From assembly GCA_032249215.1 (NCBI GenBank), contig JAVVGH010000006.1:1-17899 (forward strand): DNA of 17,899 nt. The letters are read 5' to 3'. The notes under the pieces were generated by a model. It saw only the letters and a program-made list of their open reading frames with translations, was not told the DNA's origin and did no database searches. This document shows positions 7,694-16,502 of this stretch, piece by piece (positions within the stretch are counted from its first letter, which is position 1; each line of letters starts with the position of its first letter). Source of the stretch: Pyrobaculum sp. GTDB lineage: Archaea > Thermoproteota > Thermoprotei > Thermoproteales > Thermoproteaceae. The position numbers were made by a program, and so were the translations under genes.

Positions 7694-9424
7694 TTACTTG
7701 TTTAGCTCGGCAAATTTTTGCTTGCTCCAGCCTGTGAGCGAGAGGCCTGTAACCTTGACCCAGGTCTTGGGGTCTACCTTGAAGGAGCTTTCGACCTTTT
7801 CGCGGTGGCCGACGACGTTGTATGTGCAGAATGGGAATACCCTGCCGTCGGGCGTTGCGTAGTGTATGTCGCAACGCTGTACGCGCTCCACGTCGTAGTT
7901 CATGGTGTCCATGAAGTGCATTATGCCGATGCCGACTACGTTGAAGAAGAACTTGCCCAGTGAGTCGTAGTCCTTCTTGACGAGCACCTCATATATGAGG
8001 TCCTTCACTTTTTTGTGCTTCACAGCCTTCAGTAGCTTCAGCGCCTTCACCTTGGCTGTCTGTTTGTAGATGCCGCCTTTTGCCGCGGTGTAGTAGATGT
8101 CCCACGCGCCTTTCTCAAAGGCGTCTACGTCTACAAGCTTGGTGATTGGGTATACGCGCTTCTCGTCCTCGTCGTAGTATATAAACGTGGCGGCGCCGCA
8201 CATGGGGTTCATGGAGAAGAGAGGCTTGGGCGAGTCTGTCAATACCTCAACCATCTTGGCGAAGGCCACCGGCCAGTTTGTGGGTCTCCAGTCCCACCTG
8301 CTTATGACGCCGCCGGTCTGCTTCTCTATCTCTATGATGGTGTCTGGTATCGTGATCCTGTACTTCCTAAGCTCCTCCTTGCTGTAGAGCCTTGCGCGTC
8401 CTGAGAAGCTGACCGGCTGGATGTTAACCCACCTAACTACGTCTCTGTTCTGTATCGCGAAGTTAATTATCCTGCCGAGGTCTTTGTCGTTGTAGTTTTT
8501 CACAAGAGTTACGACTGGGACTATGGACCGGTGGCCTAGCTTCCTCGCGTTTTCGATGACTTTTTCTTTTATTATCCTGTAGGCCTTGGGGTGGTACATG
8601 CGGTGTCTCCACACATCCTCATTCTTCTCGTCTATTGTGTCAAACTGCAGATAGAGGGTGGAGATGCCGGCGTCTAGGAGGGCTTTGTAGTACTCTATGT
8701 CGTTGGCGAGTCTTATGCCGTTGGTGTTTATCTCAATATGCGTGAAGCCGAGCTTCCTGGCCATCCTCACGATCTCGGGCAGGTCGTCTCTCAGCGTGGG
8801 CTCGCCTCCGGAGATCTGTATGGCGTTTGGAGCCCAGGGCTTCTGCGCCCGCAACGTCCTAAGCATGTACTCTATCTGCTCCAGAGTCGGCTCGTAGACG
8901 TAGCCAGCGGCGCCTGCGTTGGCGAAGCAGACCGGACAAGCCATGTTGCACCGGTTCGTGACGTCTATTATCGCCAGCACAGTGTTGGATTTATGCACCG
9001 GACACAGGCCGCAGCCCTCAGGGCATGAACCCATGTCTTTGTAGAACTCGAGGTCCGTGTAGGGGTTGGCTAGGCCCTTCGCGATGTACTCCGGCCTGTC
9101 CCACTGGAGGAAGAAGTAGTACATCTCGGCGTCTCCCCAGTAGAGATCCTCGAAGACTCCGTGTTCTGGACAGCTCTTCTTAAGCCAGATGGCGCCGTTT
9201 TCCTCGTACACGACGGCGGGTATTCTACTGTTACACACAGGACACAGCGACAGCGTGGCCTTCACGACCCTCGTGTCTTCAGGTAGCCCATACTGTCTCT
9301 TCAACGTGGACTGCCACTTCTCGTTAAGCAACGTGGACTTGTACCTCTCGGCGAGGTTAAACCTTGAAATATCCACCAGCCTCCGCGGCTGTTGCGTCTG
9401 TAACTCCACGATTTGTTTACTCAT
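7694..9424 (-). CDS. tes: multi-cluster radical SAM enzyme, probable tetraether lipid synthase (Tes / GDGT-MAS family)
   Basis: Radical SAM motif CNMACPVC (CX3CX2C, 8927..8950). A second CX3CX2C (CPEGCGLC) lies 20 aa upstream. N-terminal rubredoxin/zinc-ribbon-like CPVC...x20...CPEH, plus further C-terminal Cys residues. Size of about 576 aa. The track start at 9427 is TTG; the adjacent ATG at 9424 is the likelier start. Confidence 0.6.
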   Translation of the reverse strand: MSKQIVELQTQQPRRLVDISRFNLAERYKSTLLNEKWQSTLKRQYGLPEDTRVVKATLSLCPVCNSRIPAVVYEENGAIWLKKSCPEHGVFEDLYWGDAEMYYFFLQWDRPEYIAKGLANPYTDLEFYKDMGSCPEGCGLCPVHKSNTVLAIIDVTNRCNMACPVCFANAGAAGYVYEPTLEQIEYMLRTLRAQKPWAPNAIQISGGEPTLRDDLPEIVRMARKLGFTHIEINTNGIRLANDIEYYKALLDAGISTLYLQFDTIDEKNEDVWRHRMYHPKAYRIIKEKVIENARKLGHRSIVPVVTLVKNYNDKDLGRIINFAIQNRDVVRWVNIQPVSFSGRARLYSKEELRKYRITIPDTIIEIEKQTGGVISRWDWRPTNWPVAFAKMVEVLTDSPKPLFSMNPMCGAATFIYYDEDEKRVYPITKLVDVDAFEKGAWDIYYTAAKGGIYKQTAKVKALKLLKAVKHKKVKDLIYEVLVKKDYDSLGKFFFNVVGIGIMHFMDTMNYDVERVQRCDIHYATPDGRVFPFCTYNVVGHREKVESSFKVDPKTWVKVTGLSLTGWSKQKFAELNK

Positions 9425-9506
9425 CAACCCGCCAAAGAAGCGCCTAATTTAAACTTTTTAACTATATACCGTTAAAACAGTTAAAAACCCGAGCCGTTGA
9501 GAAGCC
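9425..9506. promoter_or_regulatory. bidirectional promoter region between the radical SAM gene and the TrmB-like gene
   Basis: An A/T-rich 80 bp. TAATTTAAA at 9445..9453 reads as TTTAAATTA on the minus strand, centred about 25 nt from ATG 9424. TTAAAAAC at 9481..9488 lies about 22 nt from GTG 9507. A near-duplicate GTTAAAAC is at 9471..9478. Confidence 0.5.
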
Positions 9507-10232
9507 GTGGAGGTCCTCTCCAGAGTTCTGGCGCTTCTTGGGGTAGGGAAGCGCGAGATCGACATCTACCTCGCATTGGTGGAGAAGGGGCCGTTAACGG
9601 CGAGGGAGCTCTCAGACCAGCTTGGGATCCCCTACACAAAGATCTACGCCTACCTGGATAAGCTGGGGAGCCTTGGGCTTATCTCGTCTGAACGCGCCGC
9701 GCGCCCCGCCAAGTTCAAGGCGACTCCCCCCGCCGAGGTCTATAAAAAACTTGTGGGGGCCGCAGCCGACGCCTTGAAGTCTCTCAAGCCTCTCTTCGAC
9801 AGTCTGCAGATGGCGTATGAAAGCCGGTACGCCGCCGTGGCGCCCACCTTTCTGACCTTGATCCGCGGCGCCGAGCGGGTGGCGGAGCTTATCCAGGAGG
9901 TGGTGACTACGGCTGAGGACGAGGTGTATCTGGCAGTTCCATTTGAGGAGCTTGTGGACTACCGGCTCCTAGCCGTGATAAGCGAGGAGTCGAAGCGGTT
10001 AGCCGTGAAGATCCTCACAACGGAGCGTCTGAGGACTAGGTTCGACCTACCGCCGCGCGTAGAGGTGAGAGCCGCCCGGGAGATGTTCGGCGGCGGCGCC
10101 ATAGGGACCGCGGTGACCATCTACGTCAAATACGGCGGCGACATAACGGGCATATATACAAACGACAAATTCCTCATCGAGGTCGCCCGGACGTATTTCG
10201 ACCACGTGTGGCGAAGGGCTAACGTTATATAG
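9507..10232 (+). CDS. TrmB-family transcriptional regulator
   Basis: The N-terminal wHTH REIDIYLALVEKGPLTARELSDQLGIPYTKIYAYLDKLGSLGLISSE is typical of TrmB-like regulators. 241 aa, GTG start. Confidence 0.8.
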   Translation: MEVLSRVLALLGVGKREIDIYLALVEKGPLTARELSDQLGIPYTKIYAYLDKLGSLGLISSERAARPAKFKATPPAEVYKKLVGAAADALKSLKPLFDSLQMAYESRYAAVAPTFLTLIRGAERVAELIQEVVTTAEDEVYLAVPFEELVDYRLLAVISEESKRLAVKILTTERLRTRFDLPPRVEVRAAREMFGGGAIGTAVTIYVKYGGDITGIYTNDKFLIEVARTYFDHVWRRANVI

Positions 10233-10251
10233 ACATGTGTGGTCGTCGGCT

Positions 10252-10305
10252 GTGATGAAAATCCAAGTGGGGCCGACGAGAGGTGAAGGGGGTCTGGAGC
10301 GCTGA
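10252..10305 (+). ncRNA. candidate C/D box sRNA (2'-O-methylation guide)
   Basis: Perfect C box GUGAUGA at 10252..10258 and perfect D box CUGA at 10302..10305. A degenerate C' box GUGAAGG at 10283..10289 lies exactly 12 nt upstream of the D box. A possible D' box CCGA is at 10273..10276. Total length is 54 nt, in a convergent intergenic gap. Weaknesses: the D' box is degenerate, the C-to-D' spacer is 14 nt, and there is no terminal stem. Confidence 0.35.
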
Positions 10306-10329
10306 CATAATGGTAAATGAGCCGCGGCG

Positions 10330-12711
10330 TTACTCCACCTCGACCTCCGAGCTTTCTCTCTTGGTTACTACGAGGAGCTTCGCGTCGGGTATCGCCTCTT
10401 TCAGCGCGTTGGCGAAGTCTCTAGCCTGGGTGGCCACCACAATTTGGTGCTGGCCAGCCAGCGTTTTGACGAGCTCCACGAAGGCTTTTCTGATGTTGGC
10501 GTCTACGTAGGGGATCGGCTCGTCGAATATGACAAAGCCTAGGTTTGTATGCGCGATTTCCCTGAGGGTTAGGGCCAGCGCCAGCGCTATGGAGAGGCGC
10601 TGGCCGTCGCTGAGTTTGGAGATGCCGTATTTATCGCCGGCGGGCGTAACTGCGTAGAACTCGTAGTAGCCTCTGCGTTGCTCCAGGTCTGCGTTTACTC
10701 TCACTATGTCGCCGTATTTATACAGGGAGAGAAATATCTCGTTGAACCTGTTTCTCGCCACCTCCAGAAGCCTGGCCCTGGCGTTTATCTTCACCAGCTC
10801 GAGCTTGGCCTTGAGCTCCTGGAGCCGGCTGTAGGCATACAGCACGTTGTCAAGCCCCTTCTTCAAGACGTCTGCGTCGGCGCCGACTTCTCTCACCACC
10901 TCCTCCAACGCGGCTTTCTCCCTGTAGAGCTCCGCAAGGCGGCTCGACGTCTTTTCCAGCTCCTCCACGACCTCACGCCAGCGGATCTCAGCCGCCAAGG
11001 CCTCGTCTGTTAGCCCCGCGTTTTTCAGCTCGGCCTCCAGCTCCCTTAGGCGGCGCCGCAACTCCCGCATCTTGATGCCTCTTGCGTATTTAGACACGGC
11101 GTCTGAAATGGTGCGTCTGTCTATCCTAGCGAGGAGGAGGCGGAGCCTCTCCGCCTTTTTCTCCAGTTGCCTCAACGCCTTCTCCGCCTGAAGGGCCCTC
11201 TTTACGGCCTCTTCCCTCTCCAGCTGGAGCTCCTCCAGCCGCGTCTTGGCGGCTAGGTACTCCGCCACGTCGCTACTCAACGCCTCCATCTCCTCAACCG
11301 CCCTCTCAAGCTCCCTCGCCTTCTCCCGAAGCGCCTCTACCTCGCGTATCAAGTCGCCGAATTTAGCCTCCACCTCCTTCGCCGCGTCTGCCGCAGTTTC
11401 GCGGCTCACGGGCCCCCCGCAGATGGGGCACCTCTCCAGGCCCGTCTCGGCCACATACAGGGCTACTGTTCTGAGCGCAGACGAGAACGAGACCGCCTTC
11501 TCAGCCTCAGCAAGCCTCCTCCGGTGCTCGGCCAAAGTTGCTCTGGCGGCCTCCAGCGAGCGGAAGGTCTTCTGGAGCTCTCTGAACCTTATGTACTGCT
11601 TTTCAAGCCTGCGGAGCTTGGCCTCCGCGTCTCCTATCTCCTCCTCTATCTTCTTCACCTTGGCCACGTAGGCGTCGTATATCTTCTTCGTGTCTGAGAT
11701 CTGGGACTCCACATCCCTATACAGCTCAAGTAAAGCGTCGTAGGCCTCGGCCATCGCCGCAGAGAGGGTCTCCAAGTCGTTTGCTGAGCCCAGCCTCTCA
11801 GCGAGCCGCGGGTCGACCACGTGTTCGTACTCCTCCAGGGCCTCCCGCATCGCGTTTCTTATCTTCTCCAGCGTCGAGGCGTCGACCTCCTCGCCGCCTG
11901 CGGCGGATTCAAGAAGCTCAAGCTCCGACTTGGCTCTGTAGTACTCCATAAGCAGGTCCTCGCCTTCCTTCAGCTTCGTCAAGTAGGCGGCCCGCCTCTT
12001 GGCCAGCTCCTCCGCCTCTTTGGCGAGGCGCTCCTCCCTCTCCCTAAGCGTCTTTATCTCGTTGCCGACGGCATCAAGCCGCGAGGCAACGGCGCCGTAC
12101 CCGCCGTATCGCCTTATTACGTCTCTGTGCTTTTCGTAGGCGGAGAGGCGCCTCCTTAGCTCCTCCGCCCGCTCCAGGAGGGCCTTTTCCAGAGAGGCCG
12201 CGGCCTTCACCACCCCGTCCACGACGTCTATCCCAAACAGTCTGTCGACAGACACGGCCCTCTTCTGCGTCGTTCCGTAGATGAAGCCCTCAAGAGTCCT
12301 GTGCGAGATGTAGACCAGCCTCTCGTAGATGTCCTCGTCGGCGTTTAGAAGCTCGGCGAGCTTCTCCTCAGCCTCCCTCCCCCTGAGCTCCAGACCGCTG
12401 AACCGCAGGACGACCTTTTCGCCTCCTCGGCGTGTGAGCCTCCTCTCAACCCTAAGGACGTCGCCGCCTCTCGTCAGCGTCAAGACGACCCCCATCTCGT
12501 GCGACTCGGTGTTTATCAGATCCACCAACTTGGCCACCCTCTCCTTCACCTCCAGCTGCCTCCCAAACAAGGCGAACTCCACCGCGTATAGAAGCGAGGT
12601 CTTGCCGGCGCCGATCCGCCCCCAGACCACATTTACCCCTCCGAACTCGACGACGTGTCTCCCCCTGTAGGACCTGAAATTATCCAGCTCAATCCTCTCC
12701 AGCCTCCACAT
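10330..12711 (-). CDS. rkd-4: arcadin-4, Rad50/SMC-like coiled-coil ATPase of the crenactin cluster
   Basis: Walker A GRIGAGKTS at the N-terminus. Coiled coil of about 550 aa with a central CPICGG (CxxC, 11419..11430). C-terminal signature LSDGQRLS and Walker B FVIFDEP. It is the last gene of the crenactin cluster. Confidence 0.8.
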   Translation of the reverse strand: MWRLERIELDNFRSYRGRHVVEFGGVNVVWGRIGAGKTSLLYAVEFALFGRQLEVKERVAKLVDLINTESHEMGVVLTLTRGGDVLRVERRLTRRGGEKVVLRFSGLELRGREAEEKLAELLNADEDIYERLVYISHRTLEGFIYGTTQKRAVSVDRLFGIDVVDGVVKAAASLEKALLERAEELRRRLSAYEKHRDVIRRYGGYGAVASRLDAVGNEIKTLREREERLAKEAEELAKRRAAYLTKLKEGEDLLMEYYRAKSELELLESAAGGEEVDASTLEKIRNAMREALEEYEHVVDPRLAERLGSANDLETLSAAMAEAYDALLELYRDVESQISDTKKIYDAYVAKVKKIEEEIGDAEAKLRRLEKQYIRFRELQKTFRSLEAARATLAEHRRRLAEAEKAVSFSSALRTVALYVAETGLERCPICGGPVSRETAADAAKEVEAKFGDLIREVEALREKARELERAVEEMEALSSDVAEYLAAKTRLEELQLEREEAVKRALQAEKALRQLEKKAERLRLLLARIDRRTISDAVSKYARGIKMRELRRRLRELEAELKNAGLTDEALAAEIRWREVVEELEKTSSRLAELYREKAALEEVVREVGADADVLKKGLDNVLYAYSRLQELKAKLELVKINARARLLEVARNRFNEIFLSLYKYGDIVRVNADLEQRRGYYEFYAVTPAGDKYGISKLSDGQRLSIALALALTLREIAHTNLGFVIFDEPIPYVDANIRKAFVELVKTLAGQHQIVVATQARDFANALKEAIPDAKLLVVTKRESSEVEVE

Positions 12712-12859
12712 CGACCCCCAGCGTCTTTAGGTATTCCACCAGAACCGCCTTAACGGCGCTGGGACCCCCCGCCCGATACGCCGAAATAAGCCTCTCCGCC
12801 AGCCTCCCCTCGTCTGTATTACCAAAGACCTTCCTAACCTCCTCAATCAATATATCCAC
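12689..12859 (-). CDS. rkd-3: 56-aa ORF, candidate arcadin-3
   Basis: Hand-translated and below the ORF-track cutoff: (GTG)DILIEEVRKVFGNTDEGRLAERLISAYRAGGPSAVKAVLVEYLKTLGVDVEAGED*. It fills the only gap in the cluster and overlaps the arcadin-4 start by 23 nt. AATATATAA (complement of 12880..12888) lies about 24 nt upstream. An alternative TTG start is at 12850. Confidence 0.5.
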   Translation of the reverse strand: MDILIEEVRKVFGNTDEGRLAERLISAYRAGGPSAVKAVLVEYLKTLGVDVEAGED

Positions 12860-12879
12860 AGAACACAGGTGGTAGAGAC

Positions 12880-12888
12880 TTATATATT
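12880..12888 (-). promoter_or_regulatory. TATA-like box upstream of the arcadin-3 candidate
   Basis: AATATATAA on the minus strand overlaps the arcadin-2 TAA stop and is centred about 24 nt upstream of GTG 12859. Confidence 0.4.
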
Positions 12889-13501
12889 AACCCTCCCTCC
12901 TCCTAGACCGCAAGATACGCACCCACTCGTTGTCAGCCACGGAGCTGGGCGGAGCCGGCGGGGGGGCCTCGGGAGGCTTCGGCGCCGCCTCGGGCCTGGC
13001 AGGCGCCAGAAGCTGGCGGCGCATCTCTTCAATCTTCTCGTCTACGTACCGTCGCAGTTTTTCATACAGAGAAGCCTCCAGCTTCTTCAACTGCAGGTCT
13101 AGGTACTCGGCGAGAGACGCCTTGAGGGACTCGGCAACCCTGCCCAAGTCGGCGGCGGGCGCCGGGCGCGGCTTTGCGAAGATCTTGATCTCCACGCCGT
13201 CTGGCCCCTTGGCGGGGTCCACCACCACTAGGCCAACGCCCTGGTTTTTGAAGTATCTGGGGTCCACGAAGGGGGACGCCTCGGGCAGGACCGCTAGGTA
13301 CACCTTGGCGGCGGCCGCGCCCATCAGCTCGCCGACGCGTTTATAGACCTCCGCCTCCTCGTAGACCTCGGCGAAGTACGGCAACACCGCCACCCTGTTG
13401 AGACCCTCCTCAAACCACACGACGCCGCCGCTCTCGCCCACGTATCTCATGCCGAGAGTCTCGGAAAAATACCTAACAAGAAGCAACTTTACGAAATCCA
13501 C
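12887..13501 (-). CDS. rkd-2: arcadin-2 (crenactin-binding protein)
   Basis: 204-aa ORF whose GTG start lies 1 nt after the crenactin stop. It has an N-terminal globular part, a Pro/Ala-rich linker (PEAAPKPPEAPPPAPP) and a short basic C-terminal tail (ADNEWVRILRSRRREG). This matches the described arcadin-2 architecture, in which a C-terminal peptide binds crenactin. Confidence 0.75.
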   Translation of the reverse strand: MDFVKLLLVRYFSETLGMRYVGESGGVVWFEEGLNRVAVLPYFAEVYEEAEVYKRVGELMGAAAAKVYLAVLPEASPFVDPRYFKNQGVGLVVVDPAKGPDGVEIKIFAKPRPAPAADLGRVAESLKASLAEYLDLQLKKLEASLYEKLRRYVDEKIEEMRRQLLAPARPEAAPKPPEAPPPAPPSSVADNEWVRILRSRRREG

Positions 13502-13502
13502 G

Positions 13503-15163
<1,661 letters not shown>

Positions 15164-15180
15164 GCCACACCAATCTCGCG

Positions 15181-15190
15181 ATTATAAAAA
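15181..15190 (-). promoter_or_regulatory. TATA box for arcadin-1
   Basis: TTTTTATAAT on the minus strand overlaps the nitroreductase stop and is centred about 22 nt upstream of ATG 15163. Confidence 0.45.
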
Positions 15191-15898
15191 CTCTAGCTCC
15201 CTCAACAGCCTCCGCATCTCCCCGCCACGCGCCTCGAAGTAGCCCCCTCTCCCGGCGTATCTCTCCAGAAGCCTCAACCAATCCCCCGACCTCGTGACCT
15301 TCGCCATGATCCTAAAGGCGGCGGCCAGCTCCTCCTCCGCGTACCTCCGGTACGCGCCTTCGTGAAACAGCATCTCAAGCGGCAGGCGCGGCCGCGGCGG
15401 AGGGTCCTCGTCAGGCACCCCCACCACCAGGCCAAAAAGCGGATAAGTCAGAGGCGGCAACCCAAGCAACTTCACGATCTCCCCAGCCGCGTTTTGCACA
15501 GCCCCTATGAAACAACTGCCGTACCCCAGCGCAGTTGCTACAAGGGCCATGTTCTCGGCGGCTAAGGCGGCGTCTACAGCCGCGAAGACAAAGAGGGCAA
15601 GCCGATCCTCGGCCAAATCCCTACCCCTAAACCTCAGCAACTCCCTCAACCTGTAGAGATCCGCAAGAAAGACAAAGAAGTCCGACCCCTCCTCCACGTG
15701 TGGCTGCCCTATCAGCCTGGCTATCTCAGCCTTCTTGCCCTCGTCCACGACGCGCACAGCGGACCAAAGATGCAACGTGGCGTCTGTCGGCGCGGCCCTG
15801 CCCGCCTCCATTATCCTCCTCACGTCTTCCTCTGGGATCTTCACCCTCTTAAACCGCCTCATCGACCGCCTCCTCTCCACAACCTCGAAGAACTCCAC
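15182..15898 (-). CDS. nitroreductase-family oxidoreductase
   Basis: RRSMRRF near the N-terminus, IMEAGRAAPTDATLHLW, and GYGSCFIG in the C-terminal half. The track ORF extends to ATG 15973, but GATATAAA (complement of 15918..15925) lies about 23 nt upstream of the in-frame GTG at 15898. That start gives the usual roughly 10 residues before RRS. Confidence 0.8.
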   Translation of the reverse strand: MEFFEVVERRRSMRRFKRVKIPEEDVRRIMEAGRAAPTDATLHLWSAVRVVDEGKKAEIARLIGQPHVEEGSDFFVFLADLYRLRELLRFRGRDLAEDRLALFVFAAVDAALAAENMALVATALGYGSCFIGAVQNAAGEIVKLLGLPPLTYPLFGLVVGVPDEDPPPRPRLPLEMLFHEGAYRRYAEEELAAAFRIMAKVTRSGDWLRLLERYAGRGGYFEARGGEMRRLLRELEFL

Positions 15899-16316
15899 GG
15901 CGGCTGGGGACAAAAGATTTATATCAGTAACCCAAGTCACTCCACTATAGACTGCTTGCTTGCGCGCCTGCAAGACCTCGCGCCGCCAACTGCATCATCA
16001 AGCGACGGAGCGCCCACTCACACTACCCACCGACTCACGCATCCCGCAGAATCCCACGACAACCACTATGCCTTTGTCATCTCTCCTACTCGGCTGTAGT
16101 ACAAAATCAAGACAAGCAGATATCGCCTATCCCTCTGGCGTTCATACCCTCAGCCCCCTGGCAACATGCTTTGTGTCCAGCGGAGTTGTGCAACCTCTCA
16201 GCCTCCTACGCCCACCCATAGAACTACCGCAACTCTATGTTAACACTTCAGCCACCCCTTCTTCACCCAGCCGCCAAGTAACGCCTCACACGCCAGCCAA
16301 TACCACGTACCAGTTA

Positions 16317-16502
16317 TCATGTAACGTACTCGCCACAAAGCCTCACCAACCCAAGCCACTGCAACCATATCTGATTAACCCCAGCTACAGAAACCGCTAT
16401 AGCATCTTGCATTATCAGCTCTGGATTTTCAATAGTTGCTTCAACGCTTACATTAATACCACCATCATTAAAACGAGCCTCAGCTAGGAGATCTGAGTAC
16501 AC
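16317..16502 (-). CDS. 61-aa hypothetical ORF downstream of the orphan membrane protein
   Basis: The ATG overlaps the end of the 346-aa gene by 19 nt. There is no recognisable motif. Its last codons lie in the left copy of the flanking repeat. It may be non-coding. Confidence 0.25.
   Translation of the reverse strand: MYSDLLAEARFNDGGINVSVEATIENPELIMQDAIAVSVAGVNQIWLQWLGLVRLCGEYVT
16319..16357. repeat. left copy of a split direct repeat (ATGTAAC-N24-CCCAAGCC)
   Basis: ATGTAAC at 16319..16325 and CCCAAGCC at 16350..16357, located at the left GC-content transition. Confidence 0.4.

Noticed and set aside
10330-12711. Calling the 793-aa coiled-coil ATPase the DNA-repair Rad50
   Set aside because: No mre11, herA or nurA neighbours are present. 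The gene is embedded in the crenactin cluster and translationally linked to the arcadin-3 candidate, so I call it arcadin-4 (a Rad50-like paralogue).
15974-16010. Second C/D box-like element on the minus strand (UUGAUGA ... CUGA)
   Set aside because: The box spacing of about 75 nt is far outside the range for archaeal C/D sRNAs, and no acceptable internal D'/C' pair is present.
15960-16487. 175-aa plus-strand ORF
   Set aside because: It is a Pro/Thr/Ser/Leu-rich product of a C-rich, G-poor strand, with no motif, no TATA box at the right distance and no domain-like pattern. I treat it as a compositional artefact.
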